A stretch of DNA of 64,000 nt from assembly GCA_038087875.1 (NCBI GenBank), contig JAXLNO010000341.1, forward strand, positions 62,001 through 126,000, given 5' to 3'. Within the stretch, counting starts at the first letter, position 1; the number at the start of each line of letters is the position of its first letter. Positions 1 to 12,035 of the stretch are shown here, piece after piece. A model generated the notes under the pieces. That model was not told the origin of the DNA and searched no databases. It worked only from the letters and a program-made list of their open reading frames with translations. The stretch comes from Malacoraja senta. Taxonomy: Eukaryota. A program made the translations under genes and the position numbers.

Positions 1-334
1 AGCCTGGGATCTTTGCCGAGGGTCGCCAGCGTTGAATCTCCGCCCAGCTCAGCCTGTGGACTGAGGGAGCCGCGGTCTCCGGTAGGAAGTGGCCGATTCG
101 GAAACTCCAAGCTGCTGAGAGTGTTGTCCGTTCCGATGCCGGAGCTCCATCATACCGGCGAGAGGGCCTGAAACATGTGGAGGCCTTAAAGGCCCCAACC
201 ACAGGTGAACAACAAAGAGGAAGATGACTGAACATTGTTGCCTTCCCTCACAGTGGGAAACGTTGATTCCGCTGTGTGGGATGTTTATGTTAAATTCTAT
301 CGTTTGTTGTGTTCTTTTTATTCGTGTGGCTGTA
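1..334 (+). repeat. GC-rich SINE-like interspersed repeat (partial) carrying the shared gccttcc-cacagtg hairpin module
   Basis: GC/CpG-rich body followed by ttgccttccctcacagtggg...gatgtttatgttaaa. The same module recurs at ~4391, ~41055 (-), ~56320 (-) and ~61370 (-). Confidence 0.6.
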
Positions 335-500
335 ACAGGTCGATGGCCGCGCCGCTGTGTTTAGCTGCTTGTCGTCGCCTCCTGCCGCTCCTGTTTGCCC
401 TCGCTCTGTTTGTGTCTACCTGCTCTGGTCTGTACAGCACTTTGGTCAACGTGTTTTAAAAAAAAAATGTGCTTAATAAATAAAAATATTATTATTATTC
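335..500 (+). mobile_element. Short 3' end of an L2-type LINE/SINE inserted into the preceding repeat
   Basis: Ends in tgtacagcactttggtcaac...aaatgtgcttaataaataaa followed by (att)n, resembling fish L2 tails (recalled). It interrupts the ggctgt|atggca motif of the host repeat. Confidence 0.5.
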
Positions 501-514
501 ATGGCACCTCTTGC

Positions 515-862
515 GGGATTGCAGAACACTTGGTTCATATTGCAAAGGGTCGCCCTGAATCTCCAGTTGCTTGTCACTTTGATTCTCCTGTTCTCTCTTA
601 TTCTGACCTCTGGGGCCCTTCCAACAAAGTTCAGTATGTTTTAAAAAATCAAAAATCTGCTGGAGAAACGCAGCAGGTTAAACGGTATCCACGAAGCAAA
701 GGGGTAGGACTGAAATATTTGGATTCAATGGTACTGATGTAGGGTTGTAACCTGAAATGTTGACCATTCATTTTCCTCCTCAGATGGTGCTTGACCCACT
801 GAGCTCCATCGGCAATTTGTTTATTGGTCTCGATTCCAGAATCTGCAGTCTCTCGTGTCTCC
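515..862. mobile_element. Old Penelope-like remnant: GIY-YIG C-terminal fragment plus a diverged fold-back terminus
   Basis: Translation IAEHLVHIAKGRPESPVACHFDSP aligns with FAEHLRSVRNNLPDLPVAQHFNSP at 30185-30805. Bases 650-860 contain diverged inverted copies of the Penelope terminal sequence. Confidence 0.55.
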
Positions 863-946
863 AAAGCTCAAAGCAGGGCTGAGGTTAAGTGCCTTGCTTG
901 TGATTTGGCGCATTGTAGCTCTTGAGGATCAACTTTGATTCAACAG

Positions 947-1040
947 GTAGACACAAAATGCTGGAGTAACTCAGCGGGACAGGCAGCATCTCTGGAGAGA
1001 AGGAATGGGTGACATTTCGGGTCGAGACCCTTCAGACAGT
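947..1040 (-). mobile_element. Penelope-terminus-derived short element
   Basis: Reverse complement of ctgaag-ggtctcgacccgaaatgtcacccattccttctctccagagatgctgcctgtcccgctgagttactccagcattttgtgtctac. Confidence 0.75.
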
Positions 1041-1819
1041 TTCAGATCATCAGCCATTCTAATTTTGTATTTCAAATATTTACTCTGCTTTAATTTTTCT
1101 TTCTGATATTTTAGATTTAATTTGTTGTATTTAATTGTGTATATTCCAGGCCTACATCTTATCGTCATCCTCCTGCCGACATTACCATCTCCACTTGTGT
1201 AACTTAATTTTTCTTGGTCTCTGTCTTGTCGTTTTTTTTCCATTTTAGTTCTCTCTGCCCCTCCCATTTCCTCGATTTTTTTATCTCCAACCATTCTCGG
1301 TTCGAGAAGGTCATTGACCTGAAACATTGCTGCTGTTCTGCACTGCATTAGCCTGATGAGTCATTCCAGCATTCTGTTTTAATTTCTGATTTTTGACAGG
1401 CAGAGTAATTGGCTTTTGAAAATTTTAATTACAGCTTTCATTTATGTACCAATTTGTCAACCGGCTGTCATGCATATTAAGGGGATAAATCACACCATGT
1501 TGTCTAATATTTCAGTAGAGGTATCAAGGTGCCTCAGCTGCAATGAGTATGGTGGTCCGTGATGTTGATCATGGTTTCTTGAAAGTTGCAATTCAATTTA
1601 AAAGCTCACTGTTTCAAAGCCACGTGAACATCTTTAAAAATTATTTTTGCTGCCATTACTCTAGGTTATATTTCCTTCCTCCCCCCCCCCACCCCAAAAG
1701 ATAACAAGCCCCTCTTGTTTCAAGTGATCAGTGACATCTTTGAGTTTGCATCATACAGTTGGGATACTGTTCTGATGTTTAGGTCGGGTATAGCCTGATC
1801 TTTCAGAAGGTGATGCTGA

Positions 1820-2093
1820 GAGAGAGTTGGATATACAGTGACCTCCATAATATTTGTGATTTTTTTCTGTTACAAATCTCAAATTGTGGAGTACAGAGGC
1901 AAATAAATGATGGGTCTTTGTCCCAAACAATATGGAGGGCGCTGCAGCTCTTAGGGCTAACGGAATCAAGTGATGTGGGGAAAAAGCAGGAACGGGGTAC
2001 TGATTTTGAATGATCAGCCATGATCACATTGAATGGTGGTGCTGGCTCAAAGGGCCGAATGGCCTACTCCTGCACCTATTTTCTATGTTTCTA
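1820..2093 (+). mobile_element. CR1 (HER1-type) LINE 3' tail, interrupted by a mini-Tc1
   Basis: gagagttggata|gctcttagggctaacggaatcaag...gggccgaatggcctactcctgcacctattttctatgtttcta matches the other CR1 tails in the window. Confidence 0.8.
1836..1944. mobile_element. 109-bp internally deleted Tc1 derivative, same family as 21269-22897 and 34408-36045
   Basis: Left tip cagtgacctccataatattt is fused to ~90 bp of right terminal inverted repeat (TIR) ending atggagggcgctg. TA on the left and CA on the right, at the TA of the CR1 sequence gataTAgctc. Confidence 0.8.
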
Positions 2094-2204
2094 AAAAGCA
2101 CTGAATACAGAAAACCGTGAATACTTAGCAAATGCACGCAAAATAAACAGGTGAGGGGCGGAGAAACAACATAGTGAAGCAGAGGAAGAAGAACTGATGC
2201 CATA

Positions 2205-2690
2205 GTAGAGGTTCACCTGCACCTCCTCCAACCTCATCTATTGCTTCCGCTGTTCCAGGTGTCAACTTCTCTACATCGGTGAGACCAAGCGCAGGCTTGG
2301 CAATCGCTTCGCCCAACACCTCTGCTCAGTTCGCAATAACGAACCTGATCTCTCGGTGGCTCAGCACTTCAACTACCCCTCCCTTTCTGAATCCGACCTT
2401 TCTGTCCTGGGCCTCCTCCATTACCAGAGGCCCAGCGCAAATTGGAGGGACAGCACCTCATATTTCGCTTGGGTAGTTTACACCCCAGCGGTATGAACAT
2501 TGACCTCCAATTTCAGGCAGTCCTTGCTTTCTCCCACCTTCCCCACCCCTTCCCAGCTCTCCCACAGCATACTGTCTCTGCCTCTTCCTTTCTTTTTACC
2601 CGCCCCCCCCCCCCCCCGACATCAGTCTGAAGAAAGGTCTCGACCCGAAAAGTTGCCTATTCCTTCTCTCCATAGATGCTGCCTCACCCG
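2205..2690 (+). mobile_element. Penelope-like element 3' fragment (degenerate GIY-YIG endonuclease plus terminal repeat)
   Basis: Reads RFTCTSSNLIYCFRCSRCQLLYIGETKRRLG...HLIFRLGSLHPSGMNID with frameshifts, followed by ctgaagaaaggtctcgacccgaaa at ~2626. Confidence 0.85.
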
Positions 2691-2818
2691 CAAAGTAGTG
2701 AAAGTAAGTTAAGCGTCACAAGTAATGGTGATCATATGTTAGATCTTTAAAGGGCCTCTCTTTAATATTGAAATTTTAATTACCTAGAGGACACTCTGCC
2801 TGGCACCATTAACTGTGT

Positions 2819-2928
2819 AAGAAGGAACTGCAGATGCTGGTTTAAACCGAAGATAGACACAAATTTCTAGAATAACTCCAGAGATGCTGCCTGTCCCGCT
2901 GAATTACTCAAGCTTTTTGTGCCCATCT
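2819..2928. mobile_element. Fold-back Penelope-terminus element with 14-bp TSD
   Basis: Inverted arms of the Penelope terminus flanked by accattaactgtgt (2805-2818 and 2929-2942). Confidence 0.8.
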
Positions 2929-3764
2929 ACCATTAACTGTGTTTGTCACCATTGTCAAGTGTGTCTGCCTTGATGAAAACGTGCAATCCTACGGATGTAA
3001 CTGTAAGACCTTAATAAAAAAAACAAAGCAACGTTATCAGGCCAGTACAAGTAATGTTTAAGAAAAGTCGAGATCCACATGTTACTAACCTTGGCTCGTG
3101 TCATTGGCACTTACGCAATATTTTCTACAAACACTTTTTCCAGCAGCATCTCTAACTTTGTGGAGGCCTTGAATTTCAGGAAATAAACTGTAATCTTGCA
3201 TACCATGAAACATATTTATCACTACATACAGTAATGAATTGGAGCTTACTGTGAACTTGAGTTTGGTTTCCGTAATTCAACATAAGCAGTACAGAACAAG
3301 CAAACTTGGGCCCTTCTATGGTGGCAGCTAACAAAACCAGAGATACACTCATCTTATTGTGCCATAATTAAATTTTATTTTGAGTTCAATGACCCACATT
3401 TGTTCCCAGTTAAGCAATAACTTGATTTTTAAAATCTGCAATTTATTTTTCGATGAACCCTGTAATTTCTGACAGCCTTCAGAGATATCTAGCCTGCCCT
3501 TTTTTTTTTTTGCTGCGTGCTCTCAGTATTTTTAATTTTTGTTGAGATGGTTCTAAGTTCCGAATTTCCCTCTGTAAACGATTCACCTCTCTTTTCGCCT
3601 TTTTAAGGTGATACTTTGCAGAAGTAGTATGGGTGCGTGGGATAAATTGTTTTTCATTCTTTTTTCGTTATTTGGCCAGCTCTGTTAAGCCTTTGACTTG
3701 ATTGGAACCCACCGGGTTTGTGCTCCATAATATATTGAATTTAATTGAATACTATATTGTCACA

Positions 3765-4535
3765 TTCCGGAAGTGGCGGGATTCTGGAAGTGGCAGTGCT
3801 CCCCAAGCAGCTGCGGCTCGCCTGCAGTCAGTCTGTCTTTTTTTTGGTTTTCTTTTGTCCTGTTGGACGTATGTTTTAGTTTGTTTTTCGTTGTGTATGT
3901 GTGGGGGGTGGGAAGAAACTTGTTTTTAGTCTCTTCCTTCGGGGGGGGGGGATCTTGGTCGTATCTCTCCGTCTTCGTCTGCGCTGAGGCCTAATCGCGG
4001 AGCTGGCGGCCTCCAACTGGGACCGACCTCAAGGCTCCGAAGGCAGAGCCAGGAGTTACCATCGTGAAGCTGGCCGATTTCGGGGCTGTGGTGGCGCTGC
4101 AGCGGCGGCCCGACTTCAGAGCATCGGAGGCTTCGGACGCGGGCCCAGTGGACGACAACGGGAGCTCGCAGGTTGCAGGTTGGTGACCTATTCTCCGGAG
4201 CTCCCACAACAACAGCTTCGTCCGCTGGACTGGAGGGTGGCAGCTTAGACCGCCCCGGGCCACAGAGTTTGAACCGGCCCGTTTGCGGAGCTCGGATTCG
4301 GCCGCGGGACTTACCGCGGGGCCCAACATCGAAAGCCAGGATTGCTTTAACGCAGAGGGAGAACAAGGAAGAGACAAGGACTTTAAGACTTTTGCCTTCC
4401 ATGACTATGAGGAGGTGTCTGGTAGACTCACTGTGGTGGATGTTAAACTGTATTCATTGTGTGTTCTGTTATTTTATTTTCTGTCATGACTGCAAGGTAC
4501 GCATTTCGTTCAAACTGGAGACATTTTGACAATAA
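3765..4535 (+). repeat. GC-rich SINE-like element with hairpin module and LINE-like 3' tail
   Basis: CpG-rich body starting ttccggaagtggcgg, module tttgccttccatgactatgagg...tcactgtggtggatgttaaa at ~4391-4450, and tail catttcgttcaaac...gacaataat. The overlapping ORFs have no recognisable domains. Confidence 0.6.
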
Positions 4536-5964
4536 TACATTTGATAATAGCAAAGGATACTTTACTTTACTTTATATGACAAGGTATGCAATAGTCGCCA
4601 CAAAAAGGGAGCTGGCAAAGATATAAAGTATCCCACTCTGGGTCCTCCTTTTTATTTCTTCCCCCCTTACTCCCGCCCCCGCCCCCCCCCCCACCCCCCC
4701 CCCCCCCCCTTCACTGAAGAGGTAGTTCCTCAAGTACGTGGTAGATGTTATTTAGGCTCTAATGTCCTAGAATCTGAGTTATCCATTTTGGCAGCCATAT
4801 GAGAACTGGAAACAACTATTGGTAGCAAGAACTCTTCCCAATCCAGCGATAGAAATTTGGGAAATCAAAATGCCATAGTTATTCAGATATTGGAGCATTT
4901 TGGCGCGGGACAGATGAATGTTTTTTGGTTCTTCGTGTTTGGGAGTGCATATCATTGGCATCGGACTTCCACCATTTTCGGGTGTGCTGCATTTTGCCTT
5001 AACTACAAAGTTGAGGTTCATCAAACCTATTAAGAGGTTGACTTCCTATGGAAGTGATAGAAGTTAAATTGTTCAGAAGTGATGGCAACTTACTGAGTTT
5101 GCAGCTGCCACTTCATTTCCTGGCTTGAGACGAGACTACAGTATGTTCTCTCCAAGGTCCAATCTGCCGTGGAGATGAGAGAAAACTGGGAGGAGGAGAG
5201 GATGGAAGAAAGGGTGCAAACAGCACCCAGCTTGATTTGCTGGGTTCATCATGTTATGGAGCAGTCCAACTGGGCCATTGCAAAAGGGCACCATTTGTAA
5301 ATTAATTGGGGATGAGCAAAATGTCTCCATGTGAAAGTAATGCCCAGTGAGGTAGCTGAATTGCATTTGGTTTCCAATTTAGAGTGTGGTTTGCTCCATG
5401 TTTAAGTACGAGTAGGAAAGCAGTGTGTTTTGGCTCGATTTCTGTCATTAATACAAATACACATGCTGTATCAAGACGAGAAGTGCTTGGTCCACATTTC
5501 AGGACTTCTGCCAGAAATTTCTATAAGCTTTTTATGTGTGATTCATGCATGAGAAACAGTAGCAAATGGCTCTTTAATCTACAGTACCTTACAGATTAGT
5601 GTACTTTGAAGTTGAAGTTGTGTTGCATCATTTCTCTATTTCATAAGAAAGCGCTGTTAATAGTAACATTAATAGTAGTCGGGAATAATTACATTTTATC
5701 ACTGGAACAAATTTGGAAATAGATAATGGCTACTTTTACTAGCTCCCCAAACTTTTTTCCTTCTAGTTTGCATCCCAATTATTATCACAAATTGAATAAA
5801 TTCAATGAAGTTGTGGCCGCCTGCACATTCACCTCAATTGGCAAATAAATTTCACTCTCAACATGGCTTCTGATCAGAAACTTGTAAACTAATGTTTAGT
5901 TTTTGTCTGCCAGGAGACTTGGCTCCGAACCTCGTTATCGTTCAAACCGTGGGAGGAAACCGGA

Positions 5965-6280
5965 GAAACAGGTTCTCCAGAGATGCTGCAAGACCTGCTG
6001 AATTACCCCAGCATGTTGTGCCTGTTATAAACCGGCATCTGCCGTTCCTTGCTTCTATAGTTCTGGTTCTATCTGCCCTTCACCTCTTCCCCAAATAAAA
6101 CACATTATTGTGATGCAAGGAACCACTCGTACTGGAGTCCTGAGCAAAACTTAAAAGTGCTAGAGTAATTCAGCAGGTCAGGCAGCACCTATATTCTGAG
6201 CCGAAACATCGCCGATCCATTCCCTCCACAGATGCTGCTTGGCCAGCTGACCACCGCCAACACTTTGTTTTGCTAATTCA
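5965..6280. mobile_element. Two diverged Penelope-terminus-derived short elements
   Basis: ctccagagatgctgc...ctgctgaattaccccagca at 5965-6060, and a fold-back copy at 6115-6275. Confidence 0.6.
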
Positions 6281-6740
6281 CATTATCTCCTTTCTTACCA
6301 CATTCCAGCACTGGTAACCTTCGTGTTCTCGCTTATCACCACTTTCGGTGTCTCTATCTTCCTCCTCCACTCCCCGACTCCATCTATATTTTTATTGTCT
6401 GCATCCACCTGTCTTTCTCATCACTATCTTCCCCCTCTCAACCCTGGCTGTCTTCACCTGTCCTCCTCTGCCTCGCCTCGCTCTGCCAAATCATCTACCT
6501 GCTGTTGTCTCTCCATTTTTGCCCTTTCTTTATTCCCTCTCCATTCTGTCCTGATGCAAAATCCATTCCATTCCAACAAAGAATCCCACTGCCGCATGTC
6601 TAAATGAAGTATCATTCATTCATTCATGCAGGTTTTTAACTGTAACAGTTCCTTTCCTGCTCGATCTGTAAAGTTTTGTCCAGCAGATTGTTTGTTGTGA
6701 TCTGTGATTTTGGAAAGTTGCTTGCCATAGTAGTTCTATT

Positions 6741-7156
6741 ATAGAAACATGGAAAATAGGTGCAGGAGTAGGCATTCGGCCCTTCGAGCCAGCACCACCA
6801 TTCAATATGATCATGGCTGATCATCTAAAATCAGTACCCCGTTCCTGCTTTCTCCCCATATCCCTTGATTCCATTAGCCCCAAGAGCTAAATCTAACTCT
6901 CTCTTGAAAGCATCCAGTGAATTGGCCTCCACTGCCTTCTGTGGCAGAGAATTCCACAGATTCACAACTCGCTGGATGAAGAAGTTTTTCCTCATCTCAG
7001 TCCTAAATGGCCTACCCCTTATTCTTAAACTGTGACCCCTGGTTTTGAACTCCCCCAACATCGGGAACATTTTTCCTGCATCTAGCCGGTCCAATCCTTT
7101 AAGAATTTTATATGTTTCTATAAGATCCCCTATCATCTTTCTAAATTCCAGTGAAT
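6741..7156 (-). mobile_element. CR1 LINE 3' fragment
   Basis: ORF 6831..7199 reads [22 protein letters not shown]...TRGHSLRI...FFIQRVVNLWNSLP, the CR1 ORF2 C-terminus, followed by the tail. Confidence 0.9.
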
Positions 7157-7429
7157 GTGCACCTTTGTGTAATATTGACAAATTATCGCCAAATTGCATT
7201 CAATGAGGCATCCATGTGTCTGCTGGTGGACGTCCTAATGACAACTGCCTTCCTTTGGTTGTGTTCTTGGACATTGTGTTTAATAAAATGATTGGATTGC
7301 AGGTTTGTGATTTGTATTCCAAGATTTGGAAGAATTTAATGGGTGGAGAGCAATTGCAACAAGTAGCATTCAAATTAATATCAACAAAACGTTGTGTTTC
7401 AGAGGATAGTGACATTTGTGCCACCAATT

Positions 7430-8520
7430 CTCAGCTACTACACTCCAAACTTTCCGAGTTAACTGTGCCTGAACCCCTCTGTCGGTGGATCACCAGCTTC
7501 CTGACAGACAGGAAGCAGCATGTGAGGCTGGGTAAGCACATCTCGGACGCGCAAACGCTCAGCATTGGAGCACCGCAAGGCTGCGTACTCTCCCCTCTCC
7601 TCTCTCTACACCAACGACTGCACCTCCACAGTCTCCTCTGTCAAGCTTCTCAAGTTTGCGGATGACACAACCCTGATTGGACTGATCCAGGATGGGGAGG
7701 AATCTGCCTACAGACAGGAAGTGTCACAGCTGGCACCCTGGTGCCATCGCAACAACCTGGAGCTCAATGCTCTTAAGACAGTGAAATTGATTGTAGACTT
7801 CAGGAGAGTACCCCCTCCCCTCACCCAACTCACCATCAACAACACCACAGTCACATCTGTGGAGTCTTTTAAGTTTCTGGGAACCATCATCTCCAAGGAC
7901 CTTAAATGGGGGCCACCATCGACTCCACAGTCAAAAAGGCACAACAGAGGATGTACTTCCTACGGCAGCTGAGGAAGCACAATCTGCCACAGGCAATGGT
8001 GGTCCAATTCTCTACGGCCATTGTAGAGTCTGTCCTCACCTCATGGTCTGGTTTGGCTCAGCCACCAAGCACGACATTTGGAGGCTGCAGCGAATCGTCC
8101 GATCAGCTGAGAAGATTATTGGCTGCAACCTTCCCTCCATTGATGAGCTGTACACTGCAAGGGCCAGGAAGCAAGCGGGCAAGATCATCTCTGACACCTC
8201 TCACCCTGGCCACAAACTCTTTGAATCACTTCCCTCTGGAAGTTGACTCTGGACTGTCAAACTGCCACAGCCAGACATAAAAACAGCTTTTTCCCCACGA
8301 ATAGTAGCTCTTCTCAATAACCAAAAATTTGTAGCCTCCTTTTGCTCTGGTATTTTATTTAATTCATATGTTTAATCAATAATGTTTTATTGTTAATGTT
8401 TAATGTTTTATGTGTCATTCCTAACTGTCACTATGTCATGTTGTCTTTAGAGAGCGGAGCACCAAGGCAAATTCCTTGTATGTGAATACTTGGCCAATAA
8501 ACTCATTCATTCATTCATTT
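7430..8520 (+). mobile_element. Rex1/Babar-type non-LTR retrotransposon, 5'-truncated and frameshifted RT
   Basis: [31 protein letters not shown] and QQRMYFLRQLRK across three frames. 3' tail ccaaggcaaattccttgtatg...aataaac followed by (tcat)n. Confidence 0.85.
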
Positions 8521-8739
8521 GACCAAAATAGTAACTGCTGATTAACTTTTGTTATATTTCAGTGTGTTGCAAGTTCCACAGTCCATAAGTTATGGAGGTT
8601 CTTAACAATTTAAAATAACCCTGAGGAAATTATTTACATCACCACCAACTTTCCTTCTCCCCTATCCTTCACTGCCTTTTATTGTAGGTAAAACTGGTTT
8701 GCTGCCAAATTTACATCATTCTTATTTTTACCTGGAAGC

Positions 8740-9039
8740 TTAGTTTAGTTTAGAGATACAGCACGGAAACAGGCCCTTCGACCCACCGAGTCCACACCGA
8801 CCAGCAATCCCCGCACACTAACCGTATCCTACACACAATAGGGACAATTTACATTTATACCAAGCCAGTTAACCTACAAACCTGTATGTCCTTGGAGTGT
8901 GGGAGGAAACCGGAGCACCCGGAGAAAACCCACACAGGTCACAGGGAGAACGTACACAGACAGCACCCGTGGTCAGGATCGAACCTGGATCTTTGGCGCT
9001 GTAAGGCAGCAATTCTACCGCTGTGCCACCATGCCGCCC
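8740..9039 (-). mobile_element. HE1-type tRNA-derived V-SINE, full length
   Basis: Minus-strand head gggcggcatggtggcacagcggtaga (A box) and ggttcgatcc (B box), V-domain ggttttctccgggtgctccggtttcctcccac, CR1-like tail ending (ctaaa)n. Confidence 0.9.
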
Positions 9040-9111
9040 AACTTGGTTGCAGTGACAATCTGTTTTCTGCAACTGAAGTTGCAGATTTCTTCCATTTGAT
9101 GCTTGACTGAG

Positions 9112-9440
9112 GAAAGAAACAGTGTAGAAACAGGCTCTTCGGCCCAACTTGCCCACACCGGCCAACATGTCCCAGCTACACTTGTCTCACCTGCCTGCGT
9201 TTGGTCTATATCCCTCCAAACCTGTCCTATCCATGTACCTATCTAACTGTTTCTTAAATGGTGGAATCCTCCTCTGGCAGCTTGTTCCATACACCCACCA
9301 CCCTTTGTGTGAAGAAGGTACCCTTCAGATTCCTATTAAATCTTTTCTCCTTCACCTTAAACCTATGTCCTCTTGTCCTTGATTTGCCTACTCTGGGCAA
9401 GAGACTCTGTGCATCTACCTGATCTATTCCTCGCATAATT
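9112..9440 (-). mobile_element. CR1 LINE 3' fragment (second subfamily)
   Basis: ORF 9254..9436 reads MRGIDQVDAQSLLPRVGKSRTRGHRFKVK...FFTQRVVGVWNKLPEE. Confidence 0.85.
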
Positions 9441-9499
9441 TATGATTTTATATGTGCAATTCATTATACTCTTTCAAAGGGATCGTGGATGGGATAGTA

Positions 9500-10376
9500 C
9501 AGGTTGAACACCGATTTTCCGGCACTCTTGGTTCCAGAGCCCCTCTGGATTATCCTTTTATCCTGCCGACCTTCATATCGCTGCCAAGTCCTCCACCACC
9601 GCCTCATACTCCACTTTGGAAGAAGTGTCTCGACCCGAAACATCATCCATTCTTTCTCTCCAGAGATGCTGCCTGTTCTGCTGAGTTACTCCAACTTTTT
9701 GTGTCTATCTTCGGTTTAAACCAGCACCTGCAGTTCCTTCCTCCACCTTGGAAGCGACAGCAGGTGAGAGGGGAGGAAGCCCCATGGTGACCGAGCACGT
9801 TCTGCGGGCGGGGGCACATTGAAGAGCTACAATGCGAGTCATAACAACAGTGGTGAGAAGGGGCTTGCTGGTGCCAAGAATTAAAGTTAAATGACACAAA
9901 ATGCTGTAGTAACTCAACCAACTGAATCAGTCTGAGGAAGGGTCCCGATGTCACCTATCCGTGTTCTCCAGAGATATTGACCCACTGAATTACTTCAGCA
10001 CTCTGTGCCCTGTCCGTGGGTGAAGAAGGGCTCGCTGGTGCATCTTGCGAGTCGGGAGTGGGGTCGGAACCGGGGGTCTAAACGGGCGGGGAGACGGTGG
10101 GAGCTGGGGATGGGTCGGCAGGTCCACTATATCCCACATCTGTTATAAGGGGGTCGTTAAAACATATTTACTGAATTGTCTTTACAAAGCAGTCAGGAGA
10201 GAAGATTGAGAGCGCAGTTAATTCTTTCATGACGGAGGGACACGACAGGAAAGGGCGCTCACCACTCGCACCGCCATCTGTGGCCGCTCGGGGAATTTCA
10301 ACTGAGCTCTTGTAATTTTGTCCAGATTATAGGGTTGGGCGGACCCTCCGTTGCCAGGAAATCAGTGTTCAACCTG
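9500..10376. mobile_element. Tigger/pogo-like non-autonomous DNA transposon containing two nested Penelope-terminus elements
   Basis: TIRs caggttgaacaccgattttccggca and tgccaggaaatcagtgttcaacctg, with TA on the left and TG on the right. Nested insertions at ~9620-9740 (TSD ctccacYttggaag, 9609-9622 and 9741-9754) and ~9890-10010. Confidence 0.7.
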
Positions 10377-11966
10377 TGGTAGGGAAGTGGCTGTAGAAAA
10401 GGGTGAGGGAATGAACAAAAGTAGATACGATTCCACAAACTTCTAATTGGTTCAACTTGTTGAGACCAACGAGATTACGTTGTTTATTTTTTTTAATGGA
10501 AGTTTGTACATTTGTTTCTAATTAGCGCGAGTCTGCATCAGTACAGGAAAAAAAATGAATGCTTAAATGGTTCAGTTGTAAAAGACAAGGTATCCTAGTT
10601 TTAATCTCTAATCTGCACTGACCTGGACTGGTGATGGAGGCTCACTTGATGAAGGGCATCTTTAGGCTAAGAAGGCAAATAAACATGAAATACCCCATTC
10701 TTGCCTTGTAATCACCAATGCAAGAGTATATTTTTATAGATGTTTGGTCTAATATGTTTCTGATTCCACAGTCCTTTGGTCTAGTTAGCTTTTGTAGTCT
10801 GTTGATGTTTTTTTGAGTTTCCTGAGAGGAATGGCCCCAGGGAAGGTACCAGAGGGAACTTCGGAACCAATGACATAAGGTGCATCCACATTGCCTTCTA
10901 CTAGTCCTCAGTTTGTGTACATCAGGTGAAGCGGTATTTGGCTTTGCTTATAATGGGCAGGGAGGTGTATGGCACTTTGCTCGGATTGGATATGGTTATT
11001 GGGAGGAAGTATCAAAGGAAGCTTGTGCATTGAAACAGCAGAGTTAGTTTTGGTGTGGTATAAATTGAAGCAGTTCAAACTATGATCCTTGGGGAGGAGT
11101 TGGTTCCATAACACTTTATTGTTCCATAGTCCTTGTTTGTATAAGGTGATCCTGAGAACAAATTGTGGCCTTTAACTTACTCCTTGATATCAGTTACAAT
11201 ATTTGTTTTGTATGGTATTTTTAAAGTGTTGTGCTCCTGCAAAGTTGCACATACCATGCCATCACATTGATACGCCATGACTAATGACGGGGGATGTTTG
11301 GGGAGGGGAGGGTGAGTGACTGAGATTATTTCATTTTTATGGCTTTATAACCTTTCGACATGAACTTCAACGCATGGCATGGAGTAGAAGATTTACATTT
11401 TAATAGATTTTTGCTTTTAAGATCACAAATGTGGAAACGCGACTATTCACAATGATCAAGGAAATTGCAACTTTTGCATTTAATATTGCACACCCCTTCC
11501 CATACATATTGAAGAGTGCGCAGTAGTAGTAGTAGTATGCTTTAACAACGTGGTTTAGTTCTATTTTAAAACTAACAATCACAAAAGACACTGCAGTTGC
11601 TTGTCTAGATCTATACCATATGTTACCTTGAAAGTTTTGTAACTTCATTTTGTTGCACTTTGTTTTCTCTTCCAGCCTACACTGTGATTATCTTGTGTGC
11701 TGTATTTGTGATCCAGAGCCAAATATCGTAGGACAATGGACTCTGTGTCTGGTTTAACACTAAAACACTGAACTTGACCTTGATGATGGGGAGACGAGCA
11801 TAACTTGTTATTAAGTACATCATGTCTGTCTGTCAGTTATTCAGGTCACTTGCTCGTTGTCTGGCATATTAACTGATGAGTTTAATATCTTTTGGGGATT
11901 CAGTGTAAATCTATTGATATAGTGGAAAAACTGCCACTGTGAAACTGAGAATAAGCTCGGAGACTG

Positions 11967-12001
11967 GCGTACGCACACGCATGCACGCGCGCACACGCAT
12001 G

Positions 12002-12035
<34 letters not shown>
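11967..12035. repeat. Alternating purine-pyrimidine microsatellite, (CG/CA)n then (CA)n
   Basis: Unbroken RY alternation gcgtacgcacacgcatgcacgcgcgc...(ca)n over 69 bp. Confidence 0.95.

Noticed and set aside
3926..4529. Overlapping ORFs in the GC-rich element
   Set aside because: No motifs, and they lie within an interspersed repeat.
10268..10288. CTCF-like motif (ggccacagatggcggtgc on the minus strand)
   Set aside because: Imperfect 5' half and located inside a transposon. It cannot be supported without binding data.
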